From Chrysomallon squamiferum (Eukaryota; Animalia; Mollusca), in the NCBI GenBank assembly GCA_012295275.1, contig CM022670.1:10478001-10542000 (forward strand): a stretch of 64,000 bases of DNA. The letters are read 5' to 3'. The position numbers and the translations under genes were made by a program. The notes under the pieces were generated by a model. The model had not been told where the DNA came from. It saw nothing but the letters and a program-made list of their open reading frames with translations, and ran no database searches. The stretch's first letter is position 1, and the number at the start of each line of letters is the position of its first letter. Positions 1 to 14,639 of the stretch are shown here, piece after piece.

Positions 1-83
1 TAATAGTATCAATAATAACAGTATTATTAATAATATAATAATAATGATGAAAATGATATAATAACAATATTAATAGTAATAAC

Positions 84-125
<42 letters not shown>

Positions 126-126
<1 letters not shown>

Positions 127-314
127 TATAATAATAATATTAATGATGATGATATAATAATAATATTAATAACCATAGCAATACTACTGCTATTACTACT
201 ACTACTACTACTACTACTACTAATAATAATAATAATGATGATGATGATATAATAATAATATTAATGATGATGATATAATAATAATATTAATAACCATAGC
301 AATACTACTGCTAT

Positions 315-373
<59 letters not shown>

Positions 374-400
374 ATAATAATAATAATAATAATAATAATA
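126..400. repeat. Tandem duplication (~121 bp period) of a compound AAT/GAT/TAC microsatellite block
   Basis: The unique marker aaccatagcaatactactgctattac occurs at 171 and 292, with the same flanking triplet runs. Confidence 0.9.
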
Positions 401-573
401 GTATCTGGTACAGGTTAGGACTGAGGTTTCGGTTTTCTCTGGGACTAATGACCGATCACGAACAGAGACTGGGACTGTAATTGAAGTTGACACCAGGTCA
501 ATCTTCAGACCCCCGGGCACTGCTGTGACGTAAATAAGTGTGTAGCGAGACCCTTTTAAGCCATTACAACAAA
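401..573 (+). mobile_element. Possible degenerate SINE-like fragment (body and 3' end)
   Basis: Abrupt GC-richer insert after an (AAT)n run. It contains ggttttctctgggact, which resembles the ggttttctccgggtact core of V-domain SINEs, and ends in taagccattacaacaaa, which resembles a tail. There is no tRNA head and no target-site duplication. Confidence 0.3.
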
Positions 574-1071
574 TTTCGAAAGATATTGGAACTATAAACG
601 TTAACGATAAAATCTTTTAAAGTATTACAACAATTACTGTCGTAGACATAGCCTCAGAAAAAAAAGAAAAAAAAGAAAAAAAAAAAGATGTTATGTAAAA
701 CCAATATTCGTTATGTATTTGCATCACATATAATTATTTTGTTTTTTTCTTTGTTACGTTATGGGTATGTATATAAGTTGTTTGTATTTATATATAAATG
801 TGGATGGATATATGTGTATATGCATGCATGTTTGTATGTATATATGTATGTATGAATGAATGTAAATATATGTATGTATGTAAGTATGCATTTGTATCTA
901 TATCTGTCTCTCTCTCTCTATATATATATACACATGCATACACACATATGTATGCATGTAAGTATTAGTGGTAGTAATAGTAGTATAGTAGAGGTAGTAG
1001 AAGCAGCAGCAGTACTAGTAGTTTTCTTATTAATAATATTGTGCTGATATTGTAAAAGATGCTAGCTGCAG

Positions 1072-1093
1072 AAAGAAGAAGAAGAAGAAGAAG

Positions 1094-1136
<43 letters not shown>

Positions 1137-1153
1137 AAAACAACAACAACAAC

Positions 1154-1185
<32 letters not shown>

Positions 1186-1321
1186 GCATAATGATAGTAT
1201 TCCAAATAGCGGACAATCATCACAGAACGGAAGAACAATACCAATAAAACAGTTATTAAATACTAAAATAAAAAAATAAATAAAATAAAATAAAATAAAA
1301 AATAAATAAAATAAAATAAAA

Positions 1322-1382
<61 letters not shown>

Positions 1383-1387
1383 AAAAA

Positions 1388-1429
<42 letters not shown>

Positions 1430-1440
1430 AATAAATAAGT
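1072..1440. repeat. Compound microsatellite (AGA)n-(ACA)n-(ATA)n followed by (AAAAT)/(AAAT)n/(AAT)n
   Basis: Read directly from the sequence. Confidence 0.95.
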
Positions 1441-1697
1441 AAAATATTAAAAGTTTTTTGGAAACAAAAAACTATGAACCATAGCACACAGACCAAAATT
1501 GTTCAGTAATTCAAAAAAAAAAATAAAAGCGTTTAAAAAACAAAACAAAACAAAAGTAAAAGAAGAAGAAGAAAACGAATCTACAAAAAAAAAAAAAAAA
1601 AAATCGAAACCAAGCATTTCCCCACACTAACGGCTATATCGAGTGACATAATGCTTGACAGACACCAGTGGGAATAACACGAAAAACCACAAAAACC

Positions 1698-1729
<32 letters not shown>

Positions 1730-2053
1730 ATGTCCTACTACACGAGATACGAGACTTTTTAATGGGTCTGTCTGTGACAGTTCTGTGGCGCACAGTTTTG
1801 ACAGTAACGGTGAAAGAAAGAGAAGGTTGGGGATATACACAAACGTCTTCTTTTCTTTTCTTTTCGTTTTTTCCCAAGAAAAGAGTCATTTTTGCATTAA
1901 ACATCATAACACAACGCTGTGTAGCAGAATGGTACTGATGATGCAGGAGGTGATTGGACAAAAACGTAATAATCGCATTCACGAATGCCACTGGCAACAG
2001 TGACGTAAAAGAACGTCGCATTATTTAAAAAAAAAAAAAAAAAAAAAATATTG

Positions 2054-2253
2054 GTTACTATGGTAACGCCATTAGTGCCCAAAACGATTCTTTATGAAAT
2101 GACATGGTGACCTCGGCGGCCGACACGGAACCGGTCCAGTGTGCTCGTCGAGTCCTGAGTGATGAATGCTGGGAAAAAAGTTGCAAACTGTTCTCTCACC
2201 CTGTCCGCGGTCCGTCTATCCGTCTGTCTGTCTGGCTGTGTTTCCATGGAAAC
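2054..2253. promoter_or_regulatory. Pair of RFX X-box motifs in a CpG-rich island
   Basis: GTTACTATGGTAAC at 2054-2067 and the perfect palindrome GTTTCCATGGAAAC at 2240-2253. The sequence between them is CpG-dense. Confidence 0.45.
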
Positions 2254-3752
2254 CATATATCTGCATTTCACGAATAAGGGGATCATCGATCGATAAATGA
2301 TCAAGTTAAAACGGTGATTATTATGTAGACAGACACATCATGTATACAAATAAATAGATATGCATTTATTTCAGATAGATAATGCGGTTGTTTGTGTAAG
2401 TATATATATATATATATATATAAATAGACACACGCATGCATATATATACATACATTATATTTTACGTACATGTTTATTGGAAGTATTTGAAATAAAGAAT
2501 CTATGTGTAAATAAAAAATAAAATGTTTCTATAAAAAGATCTTCGTATTTGTTTAGAAATATTCTTTTTAAATTAATGATTTATATATATATATACATAT
2601 ATATCTATCATTTCGGATGCCTCAGATTTTGTATTTTCTTACGTGATTTTAATATAAATTATGTTACATCATTTTTTTTTTTTTTTTTTTTTTTAACTGT
2701 TCCATCATTTTTACAATATCTTAAACAGTTCGGTGATGTTTTTAACTTAATCCTCAGTTCTCAGTAATTTATTATTACATGTAATAATTATGCCCGCACA
2801 CTGTAATAGAAAAATAATTTCAGTATTACACAGTTTAATAACATATGACATTTAGAAATAATTATTACGCATGCTTTCTTGTATTTCATTGGTTAGGGAC
2901 AACAGTTCACTGAAACATAGGTCCGTGGTTGAGCTGCAAATAGTAAATATTTAAATATTAACATACATATTTGGACTGATGGATTATTAATTTTGTTTCA
3001 TAAAGTTTCTTCTTCGAATACATTTTATATAAAAGTCAATGTAACTTCGCTGAAAAAGATACTGATTTAAAATTTATATCCGATATACAGATACGTTTTT
3101 TTTTATCTTTATATGTAAAATTCAGTTTAGCTTACTACAACGAAAACATCAGAAAACATTAAAGATACACACAAAAAAAAAAAAAAAAAAAAAAAAATAA
3201 CAATAAAATTAATAAAAAATCTTTAACACAACGACGACCACCACCACCACCACTACCAACAACAACAACAACCACAAACAATAATAATGTTTTGAAAAAT
3301 TCACGTAACAGCAGTTTGCTTAATTTCAGCCAATCAGAATCGTTTGTACGTATCTTCCCGTCATGCGTCTTTTCGTGAACCATCGTCACTGCAAACAGAA
3401 ACACTAAAGACAGTAATTAGAAAGTTAAAATTGTTGGTTTGATATTTGTTATCAGTGATTAACATCTTTGTCTGGCCAGCGAAAATGGAAATGTTGTTTT
3501 CATAAGGCACTGAATGATAACCTATATTTACACTGACCTACTTGTAACAACTGTATTAAATAATTTGGACCCCCCCCCGCCTTTCTGTCTCGTCCATTGT
3601 TTGTTCAGTTTTCAAGCCAATGATTGTATGTGATCTGAATCAGTACTCTTATTACTATAGCTCTGACATTTTATTTTTTATTTATACGGCACAGTATTGT
3701 ATTGCGTATTTTTTACATAATTAATTAATTATATTTGTTTTATGATAATAGT

Positions 3753-3777
3753 ATAGATAGATAGATAGATAGATAGA

Positions 3778-3850
<73 letters not shown>

Positions 3851-3886
3851 TGTTGTTGTTGTTGTTGTTGTTGTAGTAGTTGTTGA
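3753..3886. repeat. Compound microsatellite (ATAG)n-(TAG)n-(TTG)n
   Basis: Read directly from the sequence. Confidence 0.95.
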
Positions 3887-4513
3887 TGTAATGAAAACAT
3901 TGTCTCAAGCAACCAGGTCTGGGAAATATTCCGATAACTACTGGTCCTGTTACACATTATTTAAATACAAAAAAACACCCCATAAAACCAAAACATACAT
4001 TACCTAACCTCTTTTCAAACAAAAGGTTAAGTTATTTCCAACGGGATTGACCAAATAAAGGTGTAGGAAATATACAAAAAAAGAAAAGAAGAAGAAAGAA
4101 GCTAATTTTAATAATTATATTGAACCGCATTAATGCAGCTGACATCTAGAGAGGCATTAGCTGGTCACGTATCTGGTAAAACCACAAAAGCTTTAAATGA
4201 GCTTTTTCACACTAACACCCTGGTTTTTCTTTCTCCGCAGTGTTTGACATTTTAACGCTTTTCTCCGCACTTCTCCGTATCACAAGCTTTAAGACAAAAT
4301 TGTCTTCTTTAATGAAAGCGGTGTTGGTTACAAAGGATGCAGAAACTATACACACTGTCTTTAGGGAATCCTTCAGAAGAGGTTGATTAAAAAGTACGCT
4401 GTCATTATCGACTTGGTTATTTCTGTACACGATAGAGTCCAGTGGACGTTTTCATAGTGGAGGGTGAAAATTACAGTCGCCCTGCGTGCCACATCTGCGT
4501 TTTGTATAATAAC

Positions 4514-4560
<47 letters not shown>

Positions 4561-5245
4561 TAATAATGATAAAAATAAATGCTGATGATGACAAAAACAA
4601 GAACAACGATAAAAAAAAAAAAAAAAAAACTATCATATGAAAAACATCATCATCATCAACAACAGTAATAACAGCAACAACAACAATAACAACAACAACA
4701 GTGATAATACATATTCATTATCCTTTATCTGAAACTCTCGACTGACTATGAACTGTCTGTTGGGTTTACAGCTATTATGTAAGAGTTGGTTTAACACTGA
4801 AAACTGCACAGTTTTCGATGACTTTTCTGATAGTGTCTATCTAAAATAGTAAATAAATTGCAAATGTTTTTTTGGTGTTTTTTTTTGCTATGGAAGAAGA
4901 AAGAGAACAACAACAATAACAATAAAAAGAATAATAATGATGACATTTTACATAAACCCGTATATAAGCACAGACCAAATTATTTTCAGCAAAGCGTAAA
5001 GATAGTTCAAAAATGGAATTAATTTTGTGTTATGGACAAAACATCTTGATTTTTGCAATGATGCAAAAAATTATTTTGCAACAGTGTGAAAGTATTCACG
5101 CTTCAGTCCCGTGAAATCGATAGTCAGCGTCAACTGAAATTGTTCCAGTGGCAAAATTTCAATCTTGTAGTTGGGGGCCTTCTTTGGGTGGTAATAAATA
5201 TTATTTAATTATTTAAAACTGTTCTTGGGAAGAAGAAGATAATGT

Positions 5246-5389
<144 letters not shown>

Positions 5390-6442
5390 CTTCTCATTTC
5401 TTTAAACAAAATGAAACAATTTATATGTTAATTTGAAATTCTTTGACAAGGCCTTCTTTTGGTTTAAACAAATACTGTTCAACATTTTGCTGGTTCAGAA
5501 TAAGAAGATGATGGGATATTAATGTGACCTTTTTGTATCTTCTCTTTCATTTTTAAAATATATAAAAAAAATCTTTTTTTATTTAATTCTTGCCTTTTTA
5601 GGGTTTAAATAATATTTAAAACTTAATAATGTATTTCTTATCATGACCATCTTTACAAAGAGAAGTATTGTGGGGTTTTTTTCTTTTTTTTTTTTTTTTC
5701 TTGTCTCTTTCAGTTTTATTTTCTTCACATATAGAAAAGATGAAAAGAATAGAACGATTGATTTATTTGTAGTACTGAATTTTAATTACTTTTATCAAGC
5801 CTTTTGGGGATTTCGGCAAATAATATCTAAAACATAATCATCATAAGAAAGGGTAATAACGTCATTTTTGGATTTGATTTTATTTTGTCTCCTTCACTTT
5901 TATTCTCTTCACTCTCACCCCACCACCACCACCACCACCAAAAAAAAAAAAAAAAAATTAAAATTTTAAAAAAAAGGAACGATTTATCTATAACGGAACT
6001 TTAATTACTTTTGATCAGTGACAAGAGAAAGAGAGTGAGAGAGAGAGAAAAAGAAGAAAAAAAAAAAAAAAAAGTTAATTGCGTTACCAAACGTGTACAG
6101 AGATGCGACGTTCTAAGTGTAATCATCCACAGTTTGCCCAGATGAAAAAAAAAACATGGAATTTTGCCAGCACGTTATCGATCGTCACAGTGGACGTAGT
6201 TAAAGAATCCGAAGTCTTTGTTCCGTACCATGTTCCCGCGGACGTCAAATCAATGAAAAAACGGCCCTTCCAGGAACGCGAAGACTGGAATCAATATTTC
6301 TTTGCCAAATTGAATCGATTCGCGTTTTTCACAGACGAGGAAGAAGTTTGAGACAATCTGTCCCTCCCCCTTTCCAACCATTCCACAGTCCCCCACCCCT
6401 CCATTCTCTGACACAGAAGTTCACGTGTCCAATTTTTTTTTG

Positions 6443-6650
6443 GTGGTGGATGATGATAATTCAAATGTCAAATTATTTTGTGTTGGATGATGATAGTTGA
6501 AATGTCAGGTTTTTGTGTGGATTTTTTTTTGGTGAGAGACGGTGATAATTCAAATGTCAAGTTATTTGTGTTGGATGATGATTCAAATCTCTAATTATGT
6601 GTGTGTGGGATGATGATAATTCACATATCAAAATGATTAGTGTTAGATAA
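6443..6650. repeat. Degenerate minisatellite, ~35 bp unit
   Basis: Five or six diverged copies of (tgt)tggatgatgataattcaaatgtcaa(g)ttatt. Confidence 0.8.
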
Positions 6651-6707
6651 TCTATCCTTTTTGATCAGAAGAAGTTCTGCAGGAATCTTTTGAGTAAAAA
6701 CCATTTC

Positions 6708-6767
<60 letters not shown>

Positions 6768-7109
6768 TTTAAAAAAGAAGAAAAAAAAAGAGAAAATTAA
6801 TGATGATAATATTAACTTGCTCGTGCTGTTTTGTTCTCCATCTTGATCTGACAAGGTCATCGTGGTTAAAAAAAAAAATTAAAAAATTAAAATTTAAAAA
6901 AATAAGAAAAAAATAAAATTATAAAATTGGCTAATTATAAAAATAGTGTAATGAAATTACGGTTCTCCACTGAGGATCAGTTAAATGCAATTTATGTGCT
7001 GGTTTTTGATGCTCGTGTATTCATTTCTTAAATTTAACATGATGCAATGTGAAAATATAATGAATGACGTCTGAAGATATAAAAAGCTGTGCAAATGCAG
7101 CGAAACTTA

Positions 7110-7142
<33 letters not shown>

Positions 7143-7876
7143 GTTGTTGTTGTTGTTGTTATTGTTGTTGTTGTTGTTGTTGTTGTTATTATTATTATTA
7201 TTGGGTGTTGTTGTTGTTGTTGATTTTTTTTGTAAGCTGAAATTAAATTTCAGTAATTCCTGGTATATTTCCATTCTATTACATAACTGAATATTAACAT
7301 AAACTACTAATACAAGTTGAACTTAGTGTGTTGGTGAATTAATAACAACATTTCTAAATTCTTATAGTCTCGATGACTTTATGCAAATTAAAAATAAGTT
7401 CTTATGACACAGCACATTATTGCACACATTGTTGTAATTATTATTATTATTATTACTATTGTCATTATCACCATTATTATTGTCATTTAATAGTAGTTAT
7501 TATTATTATTATTATTTTTTTTTTTTTTTTCATTAATCTGGAGTTAAAATAATCAATATATTATAACTAAAATGTTGATGTCACAAAGGATTGTTAATGA
7601 TACGAATAACTGGTCGTGATAATTATACAGATTTAAGAAATTGTGATACGGTCACGTGACAGACTGTTGTGGTAGTTGTTGCTACAAAATCTGGATAATA
7701 ATTATAGCAATAACACATGTCCTTTTCAAGACCACCTAATCAACTGTTTTGTTGTTGTTAATGTTGTGGTTACTGCTAATGTCGCTGCTGTTGTTGATTT
7801 AGCATTTTTCTTTTCCTTAATCTGAACAATAAAAATAAAATAAAATAAAATTCCACAAATACCTACTAATTATTAC

Positions 7877-7881
7877 TATTG

Positions 7882-7929
<48 letters not shown>

Positions 7930-7976
7930 ATAATAATAATAATAATAATAATAATGATGATGATTTATGATGATGG

Positions 7977-8010
<34 letters not shown>
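7877..8010. repeat. Compound microsatellite (CTA)n-(ATA)n-(ATG)n
   Basis: Read directly; it accounts for the poly-L/I/D ORF at 7879-8229. Confidence 0.95.
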
Positions 8011-8011
<1 letters not shown>

Positions 8012-8165
8012 CTACTACAGCTACTATTATTACTTTAGCCAGTATTGCTAGTACTTGCACTTGTACAAAAACAAATACAACAATAGCTAGTGTAAACATT
8101 TTGTTTTATATTATGTATATCGTTATTCATGTCTATTTGGCTGTAGATGTGTGTAGATGTGTGTA

Positions 8166-8207
<42 letters not shown>

Positions 8208-9676
8208 TGTTTGTTCGTATGTGTGTTGATGAGTGTGTGTGGCTGTGATTATATAACCTTATAAAACCAAATTATAGTTGTTTATTTTATTTTATTTTAT
8301 TTTATTTTTTTATGTTTCATGCGTCTGTTTGATACCAAAGTTTATTTTGTCTCTTCACCACAGCAGCAGAGAACATCCCAGTAAATCTGCAATCATCAGC
8401 CACTGCATCATTATTATTAAATTGTGCTTTGCAACACGCTGACGTCGCTAACTCGGAAACCACACGACGACTGCGACGGCTTTAAAACAACGACGACGCA
8501 TGCTTCGGCATCCTGTCCGAGGAGGCCTGATTGGCACAATTTACTGCACTGGACACTGTCCATTAGTCCAGTGGTAATTAAGCGAAAGAATTCCAAACAG
8601 AAACATCACGTTCATCAGTTACGAGATATTCCTTTGTTACATCTCAAAGTGCCGGGTTTCACTTTTCTCAAGCACTCAGAGTAAAATGCTGATTGAGGGA
8701 GAAAAAGAAGCATTTAATTTCGAGAAAAACCTTTTGTTATAATAATCAGTCTTGTTAGGGGCCTCGGTACCCGTCAGTGATTGTATGAATCCGTCCATCT
8801 GTCTGTTCACATTTCTGTCATCAGACAAGAATAGAACAGTTAATTTTAATAAATATATATTTTTTTATAAATGTGTGTGTATATATATATATATTGTTGA
8901 TTATCATCATTATGACGTCATATAACAATTTACAAAATTATTTACTTAGGGCATTCTTAAATAAGGCATTTCTTCCTTTCTGTCTTCAGTACTAAGTATT
9001 AGTCTTTGACCAATACTCTCTAGGTGAAATCTCAGTAAAAAAAAAAAAAAAAAAAAAATTAAAATGATTTCCTTATCTTTTGATTATTTTGCATACATTA
9101 AATGAAGAAACAGTAAAGTATTTTTTTTAGCTTAAAAACGGTTTTGATTGTCCCACATACAAAACTAATCCCACCAACAAACAAGTAAAATAAACAATTA
9201 TGTAAACAAAATAAAATCGAAAGACACCACCAAAACAAAGCCAGTTTAAAAAGTTTCAAATAAAAGATGGACGCAGTGGCAAACATTATAGATTGTGTCG
9301 AAAAATATTTATTCCGAACTCGTTACTTTGCCTCATTTATTTTTGCCCAATTTGAAGAAAGGTTACGCAGAAGGTCACAAAATACAATTATTTGTCTGAA
9401 ATACGTCCGAGTCGTTATTGTTTTGCTGTCCTTTCAGCACAGTCGGGGACAATGGGAACGCATTTCGTATTATTTTAGTCACGTCCTAGATTCCACTGAT
9501 TAACGAGGATGTTCTCGAGGCGGTACAAAATGGAAGAAACGGTCAATCATCCTCGCTTTTTGGCTGAAGTAAAATTAACGTCTGCCTTCCAGTTGCTTCT
9601 TAGTTATTCGCGTGGGACTGCGTGTCCTCATTAATTTTCTTGAGAAATTGCTTTGTTAATTTCGGTTTAATAAATC

Positions 9677-9727
<51 letters not shown>

Positions 9728-10040
9728 GTGCATTTATTCTAAAGTCTATGCAAAATAAAATCAAACAGAAGAGACTGCAAATAATAATTATTAAACAACA
9801 AACAGAAGTGAAATTATTTACAGTTTCATATTTCTGTTGTATTATATATGTAAATTCTCATATGTGGAAAGATTTGAAGAGAAATTTAATTTTAATGTTA
9901 AATGTTATAACCTATGCACTTTGCAAAACATATTTGACGTAATATTTTAATCAACATATTTGATATCTCTTCATCAAATTTTCTTCCTTTCTTAATTTTT
10001 ATTTATTATTCTCTCTCTTCTTGAACAACGTTCTGTAACT

Positions 10041-10045
<5 letters not shown>

Positions 10046-10135
<90 letters not shown>

Positions 10136-10161
10136 TCCCTCCCTCTCTATCTCTGTCTGTT

Positions 10162-10195
<34 letters not shown>
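10046..10195. repeat. (CT)n microsatellite, interrupted
   Basis: Read directly from the sequence. Confidence 0.95.
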
Positions 10196-10200
<5 letters not shown>

Positions 10201-11709
10201 AAAATGGCAAAACATTTTCACATGAAAGCACACTGCATATTTATTGTCAGTAGGACCATTCAACTTTATTAACAAGACCGCATTAGACAAAATTCCAATA
10301 AAAGAAGTGCTCTTGATAACTAAGATGGGGCGCACCAATTTCTTCAGAGAACAGAAAACATTTCACAACGACGGGCGAGTTGATGAATAATATATTTCCC
10401 GCAACTGAAGATGGCACCAAATATAGTGAATTTTGTCACGTAACGAACGCATGCTTCGTTTTAGAGACTGAAGTGCAACTCTGCTTTAACACAAGGTCTA
10501 CAAGTGATTAAAAATGTACAGCACGGATGCCAGTATAGATTTTACCTCTGCTCGTTCAATATGGCAAGTGGGACGGTTGCAGGGGTCATGTATAATGTAG
10601 TCGTTTCCTAACACAAGTTTCCACTTCTTTTCTGTTTCGCCACCACCGTCTGTCGTTAATTTCAATTTAAGAAAGCAGCTGTACGTGTTAAATAAGTAAT
10701 GTAAATATGAACCACTGTATCATTTCGTCGACATGATATAGCTATAGTACTATTATTTTTTTATTTTTTTCACATTATTATCTTCGACGGTTCAGTATTC
10801 TTGTCTTGAATTTAAAAAAAAAAATATCGTCATTAATCGTTTTGAGTTCATAAACAAAATGAAGCTGATGATTTTTCCCCTCTTGCCGTCGTTAGTAAAA
10901 TAATTTATAATTACAAAACTAGATAGCCACTAGTACTGGTACTGGGCTACCACTACTACTACGACTACTGCTACTACTACTACTATTAATGCTACTACTG
11001 TTCTTAATAACAACATTCTTTTTTTTTTTTTTTAATTATTATTACTATTTTGTTGTTGTTGTTGTTGCTGTTGCTTTAGATCCCGTTGCTGATGTTGTTG
11101 GTATTGTCGTTCTTTCTATTAACTAATGACTCTCTCATGCTTGTTTGCTTCTCTGTTTTCTATCTGCTAAACACAACTACACGATCGACATCTGCCATCA
11201 CGTGTAGCCAGATACACGCAAACCACATGAAATATGCATGCAGGGTTAATTAAATCTACATACGACAGAAGGGTGTGTGCTGGAAATCGAATATTATCAA
11301 ATGTTAATTTCTCTGAAACAAACAACTCTCTCTCTCTCTCTCTCTCTCGACCAATTAATTTATTCATTAATTAATTCTTGCAGCTTCGACTTAAACAATT
11401 AATTTCTTTTTCACTATAGTTCTAAGTGGGTTATGATTGTAACAAAAGTACAAGAAAGAAATGTCTAATAAACTGAAAGAGACGAAAAAATTCCGCTGAA
11501 AATCGCTAACAAAAATGAAAACAAATAAATAATATAAAATTCTGTTTTCTCATTGTTGTATTGTTAGATTTCCATTCGTATGTTTGCACAGTGTCATTTT
11601 GTTTGTTATTGTGTATAAAAATATAGATATATTTTTTTAATCCCATCTACATAATACATACATATATAAATACCGACATATAGACAGACATACACAAACA
11701 CACAAACAC

Positions 11710-11748
<39 letters not shown>

Positions 11749-12252
11749 GGTAGACGGATAAATATTTAAAGTATTAAATATGTACGTCACTAGAATACTA
11801 ATTCATACAGATAATATTTACTCTTGTTTCCCTTCCAACGGAACCTTTTTGCTCTTTTTGAATGTTTATGTGGAATATTATTCTGCGTCGGCTTCTATGT
11901 TATACATATTAATATATATTACCGCAAGTTCTGAATAACCAAATATGCAATGGAAATCATGACTGTAGAAATGCGTCTTGGATTTTACGTCATAATCGTC
12001 AACTTCTACATGTTATTTATAAGTACTTCAGTAGATGTATGAAAAATAACACCCATGTGCACACTACGTGAAAAGACACCCACATACATGTCAGGAACAG
12101 ACACACTCTTCAGAAGAAAAAAAAAATGATATTGTAAAGACGTAAACAAACATGCAAGCTTATCGGTTGGCACAGTTCCATATTTTCTATCGAATCCTGG
12201 AGTTTAAAAAATTGATATCTATGTATTACGATGGTAAGAAAAGAGAGAGTTT

Positions 12253-12253
<1 letters not shown>

Positions 12254-12342
<89 letters not shown>
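12254..12342. repeat. (AG)n microsatellite
   Basis: Read directly from the sequence. Confidence 0.97.
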
Positions 12343-12343
<1 letters not shown>

Positions 12344-12839
12344 GTTATATAGATAGACAGAATGAGAAAAAGAGAGATGTTATAAAACAGTTTCTGAAGA
12401 AAAAAATCACTTTAATTTCATTGTATTATTGTTACAGTTTTGTCATTTTATTATAAATTACCTTACTTCTGATGGTTTTTATTTATTTGCTTGCTTGTTT
12501 ATTTTCTTACTTGTTTAATGTTTTAATCACAATTCAGGTATCATTCAATTGTAACTATTGAAATAAATACTCATTATTTTGTAAATTCTAAAATTCTTAG
12601 TGTACAAACAGTTTTACTGTATTTAACCACTGAGCTAACATCATGATATAATGGACTATTGTAAGTCTTTTATCCTTGGGTGTAAAATGCATTTAATTTA
12701 CAGAAGATAAAGTCAGATAAATTTTAAATCTTACAGGCAACTCTCACATAATTCTGTTTTGCCCATAGGCTTCAAGCAACCTTTTGATGAAAGTTTAACG
12801 AATTAAATCCTTTAGTGTTTGAACGCCGTTAGAGAGGGA

Positions 12840-12961
<122 letters not shown>

Positions 12962-14194
12962 ATGGGTTTGAACACGAACGTTTTATAAACTGAATATACA
13001 TACGCAGTTTTATATCTGATAGCTGTTAACCATTTTTGTATCCTGTCCTTCTGTAAATGAAAACAAATGAAACGATTTTTTTTCTTTTTATTATATTTTG
13101 TTGTTGTTGTTGTTGTTGTTGTTTTGTTTGTTAATTTCATGTATCTTGTGAACGGAAATTAACTGAGGAAAGAAACAATTTATCTTGTACGAAAAATTTA
13201 CATAATAACATATTTTTATGTTTATTTTTATTTTTTACAATAGCTTAAGAAGTCTTGCAGTCTTACGAAAATACTTCAAAATTTTCCATATTGTTTTGAC
13301 GAAAAAATACTTTAATAATTCGGTTGCTGGCTTTTGCAACCTAATTTGAAACAAAACAAAAATAAGAGCTCTTTATACTTTTTGTTATTAATTTAGCTGA
13401 ATTTGCGAAATAGCTAGAAGAAATTTTTAAACTGGTCAATCACTAAGATATTAATAATGCTTCTTTGCTTGAGAATAATTAAATCAATGTTTTCTTTTTC
13501 TTTCAATTTTCAGCTCTTTTCCTTTAAAAAGAATAATAAAAATAATAATTACAGTCAATGTATCCCAGTTTTAATAATCTTATACCTTGTTCATAAAAAA
13601 AAAAAAAAATAATTTCATAAAAGAATGAAAACACCTTGTATTTTATTAATACTTTTTTCCTTCATATGTTATTACATTTTGGTTCCTTATTAAAGTTATT
13701 TTACAACCAAGATCATCTTTTTAAACGCATTCATTACATTTTATGTTGGCAGTTTACTAGTAAAAGATATCATTAAAAGCATCGAATAGTCATAAATCCG
13801 AAACCTCATTCAACTTATGATGTTTTCCATGATGACTTGTTAACGTTTCTTCTTCTTGTTCTTCTCGTTATTTTTTTTTCTTTCTTTCTTTCTTTTTTAT
13901 CCTTTTTTCTTCCTTTCTTTCCTTATTTTCATCTTCTTCGTCATCATCATTTTCTGTGTCACATATCGTTGATGCTTCTTCCTTTCTTTGATAATTATTT
14001 TCTTCTTCTTCACCGTCTTAGTCATTGTTGTCACATTCTGTTCTATTATTTTTCATTCTTTCTTCGTTTCTCCTTATTCTGTTCTTCGATTTCTCGCACT
14101 AACCCAGTTTGGACCTAATTTATATACAGATAAGTTAACTAGTTTGATATTAGTTTCAACTTTCTTCTACTTTTAAAAAAAAAATATTTTATTT

Positions 14195-14259
14195 AATTTT
14201 AGATGGTAGTGACTTTTCCTTTCTGACAAAATTTTAGATGGTAGTGACTTTAGATGGTA
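14195..14259. repeat. Short direct repeat (22 bp x2 plus a partial third copy)
   Basis: aattttagatggtagtgacttt at 14195 and 14230, then ttagatggta at about 14250. Confidence 0.85.
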
Positions 14260-14639
14260 ACCCTTATCGCTGAAATATATTTTAAATATTTTGTAAAACT
14301 AATACCCAGTCTTTCATTAAAATAAAAGTTATTCTTCTTTCTTTCGATATTTCATTGAACTACGAACTAATGCTGTTTTATGACACTGGCATACTGGTTA
14401 GTTGTCCGGAGTGAGCTCCACTCAGTCTAGGAACCGTTTCAAAACACCCACGATAAAGTTTGATGTCAATACATTATTTGTAGTTGTGTATGTAGGGGCC
14501 CAGGAACTTTTTTGCTGCGTATGGGAGCCTATAAAAGCTGTAAAGATGGATCTGCTACAAACAATGAAAAGCATACGTTGTTGGTTGATAAAGTTAACTC
14601 AGAATTATGCACTGAATTCCTTTCATCATTTTGAAAAGT

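Noticed and set aside
8341-8500. Acceptor-like ctcttcaccacAG at the start of a unique island
   Set aside because: All three downstream frames close within about 45 codons, with no recognisable peptide and no clear donor.
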